In this document: positions 48,736 through 56,505 of the stretch, piece after piece
How positions within the stretch are numbered: position 1 is the stretch's first letter
Layout: each line of letters opens with the position of its first letter
Sequence record: OZ413487.1
DNA: 64,000 bases
Direction: 5' to 3' (one strand)
Origin: a phage
The notes under the pieces: model-generated
Seen by the model: the letters and a program-made list of their open reading frames with translations, nothing else
What the model was told of the DNA's origin: nothing
The model's database searches: none
Translations under genes and position numbers: made by a program

Positions 48736-49086
48736 ATGAATACTTCCATCACTATGACCGCCGAAGAAAAAGCCCTGCAGATCGCCGCTCTGAAAAAACA
48801 GATTGCAGAACTTGAAGACAAGATCGACAATTTTGAAATCGACGAAGACAAATACGACGATAAATATGATGAATGGTTGGACGAGATCTACGGCGAAATT
48901 ATGATCGGAAACATTTCTTTTCTTCCGTCGCGTATCCTCAAGGAGCTAGATCCTATCGCTTACCGCTGCGGATTTAGCGACTACATCGACAGCCTGGATA
49001 TTGAGGACGATGAAGAATACCAGGAATTGCAGACAGAGCTTGAAGAAGTGAAAGAAGAGCTTGCAGAACTGGAAGAAAACGAGTAA
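48736..49086 (+). CDS. highly acidic coiled-coil protein
   Basis: 116 aa, rich in D/E with heptad character (IAELEDKIDNFEIDEDKYDDKYDEW ... EELQTELEEVKEELAELEENE). Confidence 0.6.
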   Translation: MNTSITMTAEEKALQIAALKKQIAELEDKIDNFEIDEDKYDDKYDEWLDEIYGEIMIGNISFLPSRILKELDPIAYRCGFSDYIDSLDIEDDEEYQELQTELEEVKEELAELEENE

Positions 49087-49088
49087 GA

Positions 49089-49133
49089 TTATTTTTAGAT
49101 GGCCTTGACTCCAGGGCCATCAATAAAGTAAAC
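49089..49133 (+). repeat. 45-bp intergenic element (copy 2)
   Basis: Identical to 48461-48505. Confidence 0.7.
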
Positions 49134-49175
49134 TTTATACTGTTAACACTGAACTAATGCATAGGAGTTAAAACC

Positions 49176-49421
49176 ATGGCAGCACTAATCACCAAATATT
49201 ATGCCCCTACCAACACCAAAAGCGCCCGTATCATGGTAAAAGGCTTCGGACGTAAAAAGGTTTACACTTGGGATTATTCCCTAGACATGGAAGACAACTA
49301 CACCAACGCGATGACCGATTTTATTAATGAACTAAATAAGCAGATCTTAACCAATTATAAGGTGACCGACATCGCCTATGTTGGGGAAGGTGGGATCTGT
49401 TTTGTCGGTATTGTCAAATAA
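49176..49421 (+). CDS. hypothetical protein
   Basis: 81-aa ORF with RBS ATAGGAG. Confidence 0.5.
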   Translation: MAALITKYYAPTNTKSARIMVKGFGRKKVYTWDYSLDMEDNYTNAMTDFINELNKQILTNYKVTDIAYVGEGGICFVGIVK

Positions 49422-49424
49422 GCT

Positions 49425-49470
49425 GTTTTTTCGGTGGTCCTGGTGGCAGGGCCATCTATAAAGATAGTTT
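49425..49470 (+). repeat. variant of the 45-bp intergenic element
   Basis: Shares GGCAGGGCCATC-TATAAAG-TA with the other copies. Confidence 0.45.
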
Positions 49471-49496
49471 ATTAACACCATGAAAGGAGAAAGTAC

Positions 49497-49850
49497 ATGA
49501 TCAGCGGGGCTAGTTTTATTATTGGCGCTATTGCTACAGCTTTAATTGTAAACAAGATCCAGGATAAAAAGGAAAGAGGAAGTACCGCCCTTGCAGAATA
49601 TCCATTTTGGACATTCAACGATAACGAAGATTATATTATAAAGTATAAAAATAAAGAAGGTGACCAAGTAACACCGCGACCGATCCCGGCTTACAAGATG
49701 CAGGAAACACTATACCGCTTGGAGGCAGGGGGCGCAAAAATTGTGGACTTTTGGGGATACGATCACACAGATCAGGAAGTTATAAAGCGCCGTATCCGGG
49801 CTATTCAGGCCAATATTGAAGTTAGCAAGGGGGGAATATATGAAGATTAA
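49497..49850 (+). CDS. hypothetical protein with N-terminal transmembrane segment
   Basis: RBS GAAAGGAGAAAG; N-terminus MISGASFIIGAIATALIV. Confidence 0.55.
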   Translation: MISGASFIIGAIATALIVNKIQDKKERGSTALAEYPFWTFNDNEDYIIKYKNKEGDQVTPRPIPAYKMQETLYRLEAGGAKIVDFWGYDHTDQEVIKRRIRAIQANIEVSKGGIYED

Positions 49851-50037
49851 TTTTGAGAAAATTGTAAAGCGATCTCATGATTCCGAAGAGCTGCCGGAAC
49901 GCCGCCAGCGTAACAATAAACTGAATAAGCCAAAAAGATTTGGGAAGATCTGGCGGAATCATTATGATCGTAAATTGCCGGGCCTCCTTTTGGAACGTGA
50001 ACGGCAGGCGGAACGATACCGCCACAAAGGCAACTAA
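49840..50037 (+). CDS. small basic protein
   Basis: ATG at 49840 after AAGGGGGGAA; terminator downstream. Confidence 0.45.
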   Translation: MKINFEKIVKRSHDSEELPERRQRNNKLNKPKRFGKIWRNHYDRKLPGLLLERERQAERYRHKGN

Positions 50038-50043
50038 CAACCA

Positions 50044-50074
50044 ACGCCCCGCCATCGTGCGGGGCTTTTTATTT
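50044..50074 (+). terminator. rho-independent terminator
   Basis: GCCCCGC ... GCGGGGC hairpin plus TTTTTATTT. Confidence 0.75.
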
Positions 50075-50195
50075 CTACCCTACGAATAGCGCCCCTGGTT
50101 GGCCCCACAACGCCCTAAAAGCCCCCTACCCATGCAATCCCATTTCTTAACCTGAAAACATCGTCAAAGGCTGTTTTAAAGCGTTAAAAATATTG

Positions 50196-50224
50196 TTGAC
50201 ATCTAAAATATTCTAGATATACTA
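50196..50224 (+). promoter_or_regulatory. sigma70-type promoter (TTGACA-N17-ATACTA)
   Basis: Upstream of the 50259 gene with RBS AAGGAG. Confidence 0.5.
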
Positions 50225-50258
50225 ATCACATCAAAGCGAGAAGTAAGGAGTAAACGCC

Positions 50259-50519
50259 ATGCGTAAATTAAAAAATTTTGATAAAGTTGATATTGTCCTG
50301 AATAATTTTTACTACTGCAATAACAAGGCCGTTTGGTGGCGTGATAGTTCCACCGATAAAGTCAAGGCGCGCTTTCTCCAGGGGCACTGGCAAGGCCGCC
50401 CAGTGATTAAAATCATGGGGCAATTGGTAGCGTTTAAAAATTGCCGCCGTGTTGATGACGTTGAAGAGATTTTAAACATTTTGCGCCACAATAATTTAAA
50501 AAATAGTGTTGACAAGTAA
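50259..50519 (+). CDS. hypothetical protein
   Basis: 86-aa ORF. Confidence 0.55.
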   Translation: MRKLKNFDKVDIVLNNFYYCNNKAVWWRDSSTDKVKARFLQGHWQGRPVIKIMGQLVAFKNCRRVDDVEEILNILRHNNLKNSVDK

Positions 50520-50536
50520 ATCTCAATAAGTATAAT
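50509..50536 (+). promoter_or_regulatory. consensus sigma70 promoter (TTGACA-N16-TATAAT) followed by 5' UTR hairpin GGCGGGAAAACTTCCCGCC (50547-50565)
   Basis: Overlaps the 3' end of the upstream gene; the hairpin is 8 bp with a 3-nt loop. Confidence 0.6.
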
Positions 50537-50593
50537 TAAAAACACAGGCGGGAAAACTTCCCGCCACTAACAAAGAAAACAGGAGAAAATATC

Positions 50594-51217
50594 ATGACCA
50601 CCGTTAACATTACCACAGGTTACAATTTATCTTTCGACGTGCTGACCGACGAACAAAAAGAAAAAGCCGTGGAAATGGTCCGCGAAAGAGAAGAACACAG
50701 CGGGGATAACTTTTTTGCAGAAAGTGTAATTGAGTACTATAAAGAATATGTTTTTCCAGAGTACGGCCTTGAAGATACCGATGTACATTGGTCAGGCTTT
50801 TGGTGCCAGGGTGACGGCGCGTCAATCAGTGCGGAAAACGTGGATTTAGAAAAATTCTTGCGTAAAGTCAAGTCTCTGACTAAATTCCGCTCAATTCGTC
50901 ACTTGTTCGGCACAATGCACGATGGCGAGTTATCCGCAAGTGTTGAGCGTGATCCATATAGCCGCTATAGTCACGAAAACACTGTAAACGGATACATCGA
51001 TACTACATGGCTAGACCTGACCACCAAACAAGAAAACAAAGTGGAAGATCTGGAAGAGCTGATCACCGAGACGGTACGGGAGTTATCCCGCAAGGTTTAC
51101 GTAGACCTGGAGGAGGCCTATCTTGAACAATTCACCGCCGAAAACTTGATCGGCCTTATCGAGGCCAATGATTGGCGGTTTGATGTCGATGAACACGGTA
51201 AGATGACTTTTTCATAA
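50594..51217 (+). CDS. hypothetical acidic protein (207 aa)
   Basis: RBS AACAGGAGAAAA; no recognised motif. Confidence 0.6.
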   Translation: MTTVNITTGYNLSFDVLTDEQKEKAVEMVREREEHSGDNFFAESVIEYYKEYVFPEYGLEDTDVHWSGFWCQGDGASISAENVDLEKFLRKVKSLTKFRSIRHLFGTMHDGELSASVERDPYSRYSHENTVNGYIDTTWLDLTTKQENKVEDLEELITETVRELSRKVYVDLEEAYLEQFTAENLIGLIEANDWRFDVDEHGKMTFS

Positions 51218-51224
51218 ATAAAGT

Positions 51225-51252
51225 GTTGCAATAACCTAAAAACCTGCTATAT
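51225..51252 (+). promoter_or_regulatory. sigma70-type promoter (TTGCAA-N16-TATATT) followed by 5' UTR hairpin (51264-51282)
   Basis: Same cassette architecture as at 50509. Confidence 0.45.
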
Positions 51253-51305
51253 TAAAACTCAAGGGGCAAGACGTTTGCCCCACACAAAACAAAGAGGTAA
51301 ACATT

Positions 51306-51686
51306 ATGAAAAACACTACTAAAGCTATTGACACCGTTATGTTTAACCTGGTTACATTCCGTGAAGATATGAAAGATCTTCCACGTGAAACAGTGTGCGA
51401 TCACATTGAAAACTATCGCAAACTAATCAAAGAGTTGCCTTTAAAACGTGACCAGTATGCGGCTAACGCTATGCTTAACGCCATGATCAAAAAGATGATT
51501 CAGTGTGATTTAACTCTGGCCTATGATTATGCAGGTGGTCGTTTTGCAGTATACAATCAGCCCGTGCCTGGTATGAGCACCACCGAAGAATTGCACGCGT
51601 TAAATCTGAAACAAGATGTATGGGATAACATGCCCCGCGTGGTGGTGTGGGCAGAAAGCGGAAAGATTTACGGCGATAATTTTTAA
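51306..51686 (+). CDS. hypothetical protein
   Basis: 126-aa ORF with RBS AAAGAGGTAAACATT. Confidence 0.55.
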   Translation: MKNTTKAIDTVMFNLVTFREDMKDLPRETVCDHIENYRKLIKELPLKRDQYAANAMLNAMIKKMIQCDLTLAYDYAGGRFAVYNQPVPGMSTTEELHALNLKQDVWDNMPRVVVWAESGKIYGDNF

Positions 51687-51750
51687 TCAGGTAACAGGCG
51701 GCATATTTGCCGCCTTATTGTTAAACAGAACTGCAAAAGAGGTACATAGA

Positions 51751-52122
51751 ATGGAATTTATTATTTTGGCTGTAGTAGTTGCCTTGTTCAACGCCTGGAT
51801 CGCTGGCAAGATAGGTAGATCCGCTTTTCTATGGTTTGTTATATCTATTTTCCTGGGAGTGGTTGCAACTATTGTATTGGTTATCCTTGCAATTGTTGAC
51901 AAGGGCGATAATAGAAAGGGTAAAGTGTTTTCCGACCTGTATGACGCACAAACGTTTGTCAACGCCTATTATAGTGATCTTCCAGTCTCCCTACGCTGCA
52001 GCCTGGCACAACAGGTTTTTGATGAGGCTAAAACCAGAGACCAAGCCCATGAGATATGTTTAACTGAAGCGGATCGCCTATTTGAGAGGAATAGAAAATA
52101 TGTGGACCAGCCGTTTAAATAA
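51751..52122 (+). CDS. membrane protein (two predicted transmembrane helices)
   Basis: ATG at 51751 after AAAAGAGG; hydrophobic helices FIILAVVVALFNAWIAG and LWFVISIFLGVVATIVLVILAIV. Confidence 0.55.
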   Translation: MEFIILAVVVALFNAWIAGKIGRSAFLWFVISIFLGVVATIVLVILAIVDKGDNRKGKVFSDLYDAQTFVNAYYSDLPVSLRCSLAQQVFDEAKTRDQAHEICLTEADRLFERNRKYVDQPFK

Positions 52123-52321
52123 CGCCACGTTAATTAATCCCTTTAGTGAAGATTTGAAGCCAGCCGCCTGGCGTGACGGATTCAATAACGAACGCTTTAT
52201 TTTCAGGCCTGATCTTGAGGAATTTTATAACAATGGATCGAACAACAGCGGAGATAATTTTTCTTGTGGTGTGCGTGGTGATAGGACTCCTGGGGGCCAT
52301 TGTAAACCACGTCACTACTAA
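52100..52321 (+). CDS. hypothetical protein (uncertain)
   Basis: ATG after GAGAGGAATAG; low-complexity N/G/S-rich. Overlaps an alternative-frame small membrane ORF at 52233..52358. Confidence 0.3.
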   Translation: MWTSRLNNATLINPFSEDLKPAAWRDGFNNERFIFRPDLEEFYNNGSNNSGDNFSCGVRGDRTPGGHCKPRHY

Positions 52322-52341
52322 CAGGAGGGAAGGGGGAGACG

Positions 52342-52461
52342 ATGACAACCAAAGATAAGCCATGCGCTGATAAGGTGCGCCGTGTTATGGTATGGCTTGA
52401 GATTATCGCCCTTGAAATATTGTTAGGCGTAGGGATGTACTTTATCGCTGTAAGTAACTAA
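52342..52461 (+). CDS. small membrane peptide (39 aa, uncertain)
   Basis: GGGGGAG just upstream; hydrophobic core VMVWLEIIALEILLGVGMYFIAV; terminator immediately downstream. Confidence 0.35.
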   Translation: MTTKDKPCADKVRRVMVWLEIIALEILLGVGMYFIAVSN

Positions 52462-52463
52462 GA

Positions 52464-52494
52464 GCGGCCCCCGATCATGGGGGCCTATCTTTTA
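52464..52494 (+). terminator. rho-independent terminator
   Basis: GGCCCCC-GATCAT-GGGGGCC hairpin plus TATCTTTT. Confidence 0.7.
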
Positions 52495-52515
52495 AAAAAT
52501 TTTTCTTCCGGGGTG

Positions 52516-52544
52516 TTGCAATCCGGTCCGGAATGTGGATAATA
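52516..52544 (+). promoter_or_regulatory. sigma70-type promoter (TTGCAA-N17-ATAATA)
   Basis: Followed by a 5' UTR hairpin and RBS AGAAAGGAGAAA. Confidence 0.5.
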
Positions 52545-52599
52545 ACAATCAACGGGGAGCTAATCCCCACCACCACAAAAACCAGAAAGGAGAAACAAA

Positions 52600-52800
52600 A
52601 TGAGCAACAATATCCGCGTTATTAACTTCAAAAAAGAAGAAAAAATTGCCGTGCTGATTGACGGTCAAGAAATCTTCAAGGGCGACTATGAAGATCATCA
52701 AACGGCGATTAGTATCACTCGCGTGATTGGTTATCATAATTTCTACCCCCAAGGCGCTGAGGCAGCAGTTAAACGAATCAAAGAGATTGTAGGCCTGTAA
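52600..52800 (+). CDS. hypothetical protein
   Basis: 66-aa ORF. Confidence 0.55.
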   Translation: MSNNIRVINFKKEEKIAVLIDGQEIFKGDYEDHQTAISITRVIGYHNFYPQGAEAAVKRIKEIVGL

Positions 52801-52803
52801 AAT

Positions 52804-52848
52804 TTATTTTTAGATGGCCTTGACTTCAGGGCCATCGATAAAGTAAAT
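52804..52848 (+). repeat. 45-bp intergenic element (copy 3)
   Basis: Two mismatches relative to copy 1. Confidence 0.7.
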
Positions 52849-52893
52849 TTAAACCCTGTTAAAATACCACGCAGTTAACAAGGAGTGATAGAC

Positions 52894-53193
52894 ATGTTTA
52901 TCCAGGCTAATAATCTTTATTTCTTTGATGGTCAGATCGTAGATGGTGTGGAAGTGGAGATCACCGGGTGCCCTGGCGGTCAGGCTATGACTTTTCGGAA
53001 TAATGCCTTTGATGATTCTCATATCGTTATAAGAATGGAAGTTACGAAGCTGGACGACAAGAAAACACTTATTGACTATTCTGTGAAAGATCATCCAGAC
53101 TACCGCATGATCCATGGTGATTTGTGCATTGTTGACCGTGACAAGGTGGGCGGCATTGTGATCGCTATTGTGAACGATGTTTTCTCAAACTAA
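52894..53193 (+). CDS. hypothetical protein
   Basis: ATG at 52894 after AAGGAG. Confidence 0.55.
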   Translation: MFIQANNLYFFDGQIVDGVEVEITGCPGGQAMTFRNNAFDDSHIVIRMEVTKLDDKKTLIDYSVKDHPDYRMIHGDLCIVDRDKVGGIVIAIVNDVFSN

Positions 53194-53210
53194 TTTCAGC
53201 AGGCGATTTT

Positions 53211-53561
53211 ATGAAAGTCAAACTATATTACCTTAATGAGCTTAACCCCCTTGCCCAGGTCCGCGCCCTAGCTAATACCTTGATTTGTGAGAAATCTGTA
53301 TATTGTGTTGAGCTTAACGCCATGCGTGAACGTCTCAAAGGTGGTTACTTTGACATCCATGCTGCAATCAACGGCCTGAATATGGAATTTATACGCTTAC
53401 GTAACAGCCGCCGGAATCTGGCAAGAATGGAACAAGATCCGGCCCACCTTCGTAAACTGGTTATTGAAAATCATCTGATGTTTAATGCCGAGGGGGATTA
53501 TTACCATTTTCACCGCAAACGCTGGTACCGTGGCGGCAATACAGGCAAGAATGCAAAATAA
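53211..53561 (+). CDS. hypothetical basic protein
   Basis: 116-aa ORF; two hairpins and a terminator downstream. Confidence 0.55.
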   Translation: MKVKLYYLNELNPLAQVRALANTLICEKSVYCVELNAMRERLKGGYFDIHAAINGLNMEFIRLRNSRRNLARMEQDPAHLRKLVIENHLMFNAEGDYYHFHRKRWYRGGNTGKNAK

Positions 53562-53596
53562 GGCCCCTAGCAGGGCCTGCAGCAATATAATCACAT

Positions 53597-53631
53597 AAAG
53601 GCCATGCGGTTGCATGGCCTTTATTATTTTG
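53597..53631 (+). terminator. rho-independent terminator
   Basis: GGCCATGC-GGTT-GCATGGCC hairpin plus TTTATTATTTT. Confidence 0.75.
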
Positions 53632-53678
53632 GCGTTACAACGGCATACGGGGCGCTTAAAAAATTTTTAAAGAAGTAC

Positions 53679-53706
53679 TTGCATCATTCCCGACAATATG
53701 GATAAT
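53679..53706 (+). promoter_or_regulatory. sigma70-type promoter (TTGCAT-N16-GATAAT)
   Basis: Followed by hairpin GGGGGAGGCCCCC and an RBS; downstream coding is ambiguous. Confidence 0.45.
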
Positions 53707-54120
53707 AAGAGTTGTCGAGGGGGAGGCCCCCAATCGTTGACCAGATAGATAGGAGTTAAAATCATGGCTATTGTTACCGCTGGCTATCTTCAAAGATGCG
53801 GAAGCAAAACAACGCCGGATCTCAATACATGAGATCATCAACCTTAACGCTGGAGGCACACCATACCGCCCAGGACCTGGCCGTGAGATGGACAATACGC
53901 TAGCGATCCTGAAGATACGCCGTAAACGGTCCTCCCTTACTCTGGACTCATTACACACAATGCAGCCTCCGTTCCAGGTGACCGGGAAACGGATCGCCAG
54001 GTCCTGGACAAAGGCCAATGATCGGACCGTATAAATAAAAGTGTTTTGGTACTGATTTTGGGGTTGACTTGTTCGGCCCCTTTTGCTATTCTTATTAAAC
54101 GGGCGGCACTTGGGAACAGG

Positions 54121-54143
54121 GGGAGACAATCACCGGGCCTGCC
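54121..54143 (-). repeat. 23-bp motif, inverted copy of 46681-46703
   Basis: Exact reverse complement (GGGAGACAATCACCGGGCCTGCC). Confidence 0.6.
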
Positions 54144-54168
54144 TGTCATATAAGAACTATAAAAACCG

Positions 54169-54197
54169 TTGACATCTGCCATGGGGTGGGGTAACAT
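54169..54197 (+). promoter_or_regulatory. sigma70-type promoter (TTGACA-N17-TAACAT)
   Basis: Upstream of the 54252 gene. Confidence 0.5.
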
Positions 54198-54251
54198 TTA
54201 TCTTGAAGGGGCAAAAGTGCCCACACAACAACCAAGAGAGAGGAAAACACT

Positions 54252-54524
54252 ATGTCAAACTGGATTAATCAAGAAGTCGAATCACGTTTTAATGCTATTT
54301 GGGATCTCATCGAAAAAGAAGACGGCACATCAAGCCCCTACCTCAACAATTTGGAATTCCATTTTGTGGAAGCGATGAACGCAGAACATGATCACGAAGG
54401 TGGCGCGGATGAGTTCGCTAAAGGTTATGGCTTTAACAATGCCAACGAAATGATCGAGGCGGTAGTACTCCAGGCTGAGGAAGATTATCAACTAAAAACG
54501 CTTGAATTCTGCCGCCGCAAGTAA
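54252..54524 (+). CDS. hypothetical acidic protein
   Basis: 90-aa ORF with RBS AGAGAGGAAAACAC. Confidence 0.55.
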   Translation: MSNWINQEVESRFNAIWDLIEKEDGTSSPYLNNLEFHFVEAMNAEHDHEGGADEFAKGYGFNNANEMIEAVVLQAEEDYQLKTLEFCRRK

Positions 54525-54584
54525 TAAGATAATGACACGGGCCAAAAGGCCCACTAATCAGAACCGCACAAAGAGGTAAACATC

Positions 54585-54848
54585 ATGAAACGTCTTGATC
54601 AGCTCAAATTAGTTCAATATATGGCTTATCGTGTTCTTGAAGTCCAGAAAGGTAGCAAAAAAGAGGTTTGCGAGAAAGCTTATAAGATCTTCACTCGCAA
54701 AAAAGATGACTGGATGCTACGCCAGACTAAAAAGGCTGACATCTTGGGGTACCTGGAAGAAGAGATCCGCCTTGAAGAGCAAGAAGAGATCCGCCGTAGT
54801 GAGGCAGATTATCAGGCAGCTTGGGAAAACTGGATGAGCAACAAATAA
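54585..54848 (+). CDS. hypothetical protein
   Basis: 87-aa ORF with RBS AAAGAGGTAAACAT; terminator downstream. Confidence 0.55.
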   Translation: MKRLDQLKLVQYMAYRVLEVQKGSKKEVCEKAYKIFTRKKDDWMLRQTKKADILGYLEEEIRLEEQEEIRRSEADYQAAWENWMSNK

Positions 54849-54865
54849 TACAACAAGGTGCACGG

Positions 54866-54894
54866 TCAGGGGCTTAAAGCCCCTTTCTTTTTGT
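54866..54894 (+). terminator. rho-independent terminator
   Basis: GGGGC-TTAAA-GCCCC hairpin plus TTTCTTTTT. Confidence 0.75.
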
Positions 54895-55772
54895 CTCCTC
54901 TTTTCCTACCACAAATGGCCCCGCCTGGCAAATGGAATAATCAACAAGCCAGCAATTAACCCCACTGTACAAACATACATATAAAATAACTATTGCATAA
55001 TTTTTCATTGTGTGGTAGCAGTGCCATTTTTACACGTTTTTCCTTCCAAAATTGCACGTAATGCAGCATTTGCACAAAATTTAACCTGATGCATATCTTC
55101 AATAGCTTGTCAACAACTAAAAATCTTTATAAGTCATACACTTACATAACTACAAAAACGTTTTCTACGTGAAAAATCGAGTATAACTATAGCCGCCAGA
55201 TCTCAGAATTTACGTACGCTCGCCATTCTATAGCCTGCTAAGCATTTATTCCAACCATAGAATAACGGAATAGTCAATACCTGCATAAAATAATTATTCG
55301 TGTAAACTGCATAACATAAATCGGCCCAGGTGTCAACATTTTTCGTAAACAGTCTGGAATTGTCACGTTAGGTTACCATAAGCAGAGAAATCTTTAGTCG
55401 TCTAATGTTTACTGTACATTACTATACTGACTGGAATCATTAGATGACTAAGAGAAAGATAAGAAATAATTAATAATGTAATTATTTTACCTGTAACAAT
55501 AAGGCAACTATGCAAACGAATGGCATGGCGCGACGGAGTCGCGACATAATATAAAAGCAGTAACCATCACCCCCGTGATAGTTTGTCTGCAAACTATTAA
55601 TCAGATCATAGTTGCCTTGTATTTAGTTAATCATGACATGACAAGCAAGGCAACTATAGATCTGCTAATAGTTGCCCTGCTTTTATATTATGTCATGCTA
55701 ATTATAATCAGTGCGATTATTGTCATGTATAATTATTGTCATGCAAACGAATGGCATGGCTGATTATCGGTG

Positions 55773-55859
55773 TGTAAACAGTCAATCATGTAAATGGTTA
55801 GCATGTGAACAATCAGGAATGTAAACAATCCAGTGTGTAAACTAATAGGTGTGTAAAAG
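55773..55859. repeat. iteron array: six copies of (G/A)TGT(A/G)AA(C/T) at roughly 16-bp spacing
   Basis: GTGTAAACA, ATGTAAATG, ATGTGAACA, ATGTAAACA, GTGTAAACT, GTGTAAAAG. Confidence 0.6.
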
Positions 55860-56135
55860 TGTCATGTTGTGTCAGTTAGGTCACATTATGTCAGACAAGT
55901 TTTTCTCCTCTTTGTCAAGTGCTGCATGAAAAATTTACAAGCTTGTATGGTAGCATTTTTGCGGCCCTGTTTACATTCAGTAATGTATGTATAATCCTTG
56001 TTGTGTGGGCGTTTAGACGTCTAGACGGTTGGAAGTCCACAGGTCAATATCTAATCTATCGGCTGCTAACTATATCCCACACAAATAGTAAGAAATATGA
56101 TTGTTATATGCGTAAACTGTAACTCATGTTATCAA

Positions 56136-56505
56136 TCCCTGTATGGATCGCCAGTGGTGCGCATAATAGGTATTATGTTAAATTGCCCGTAATGATAACA
56201 GTTCTCACAATGATAGGTATTCTCATTCATCCACACAAAATAGGTTGCAAATGTTGTGCCACTGTGTGAACGGCCTGGCCTATTAATTTCTCTCACTGCC
56301 TCGATATTTGAGAATTGTTATCCCTGTATGGATCGCCAGTGGTGCGCATAATAGGTATTATGTTAAATTGCCCGTAATGATAACAGTTCTCACAATGATA
56401 GGTATTCTCATTCATCCACACAAAATAGGTTGCAAATGTTGTGCCACTGTGTGAACGGCCTGGCCTATTAATTTCTCTCACTGCCTCGATATTTGAGAAT
56501 TGTTA
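56136..56505. repeat. perfect tandem direct repeat, 2 x 185 bp
   Basis: Copy 1 (56136-56320) and copy 2 (56321-56505) appear identical base for base when read by eye. Confidence 0.8.

Noticed and set aside
52173-52358. Track ORF (61 aa) overlapping the 52100..52321 ORF in another frame.
   Set aside because: The two overlap extensively and cannot both be confidently called. Only the shorter internal-ATG version (52233..52358, a transmembrane peptide) looks plausible, and that remains unresolved.
46681-54143. Invertible segment (Gin/Hin-type) or transposon bounded by the 23-bp inverted repeats.
   Set aside because: No serine or tyrosine recombinase or transposase gene is visible in or next to the segment, and the content is small early genes rather than fiber variants; kept only as a low-probability alternative.
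56136-56505. Possibility that the tandem repeat is a CRISPR array or satellite.
   Set aside because: Only two copies, 185 bp each, directly abutting with no spacers; not CRISPR-like.
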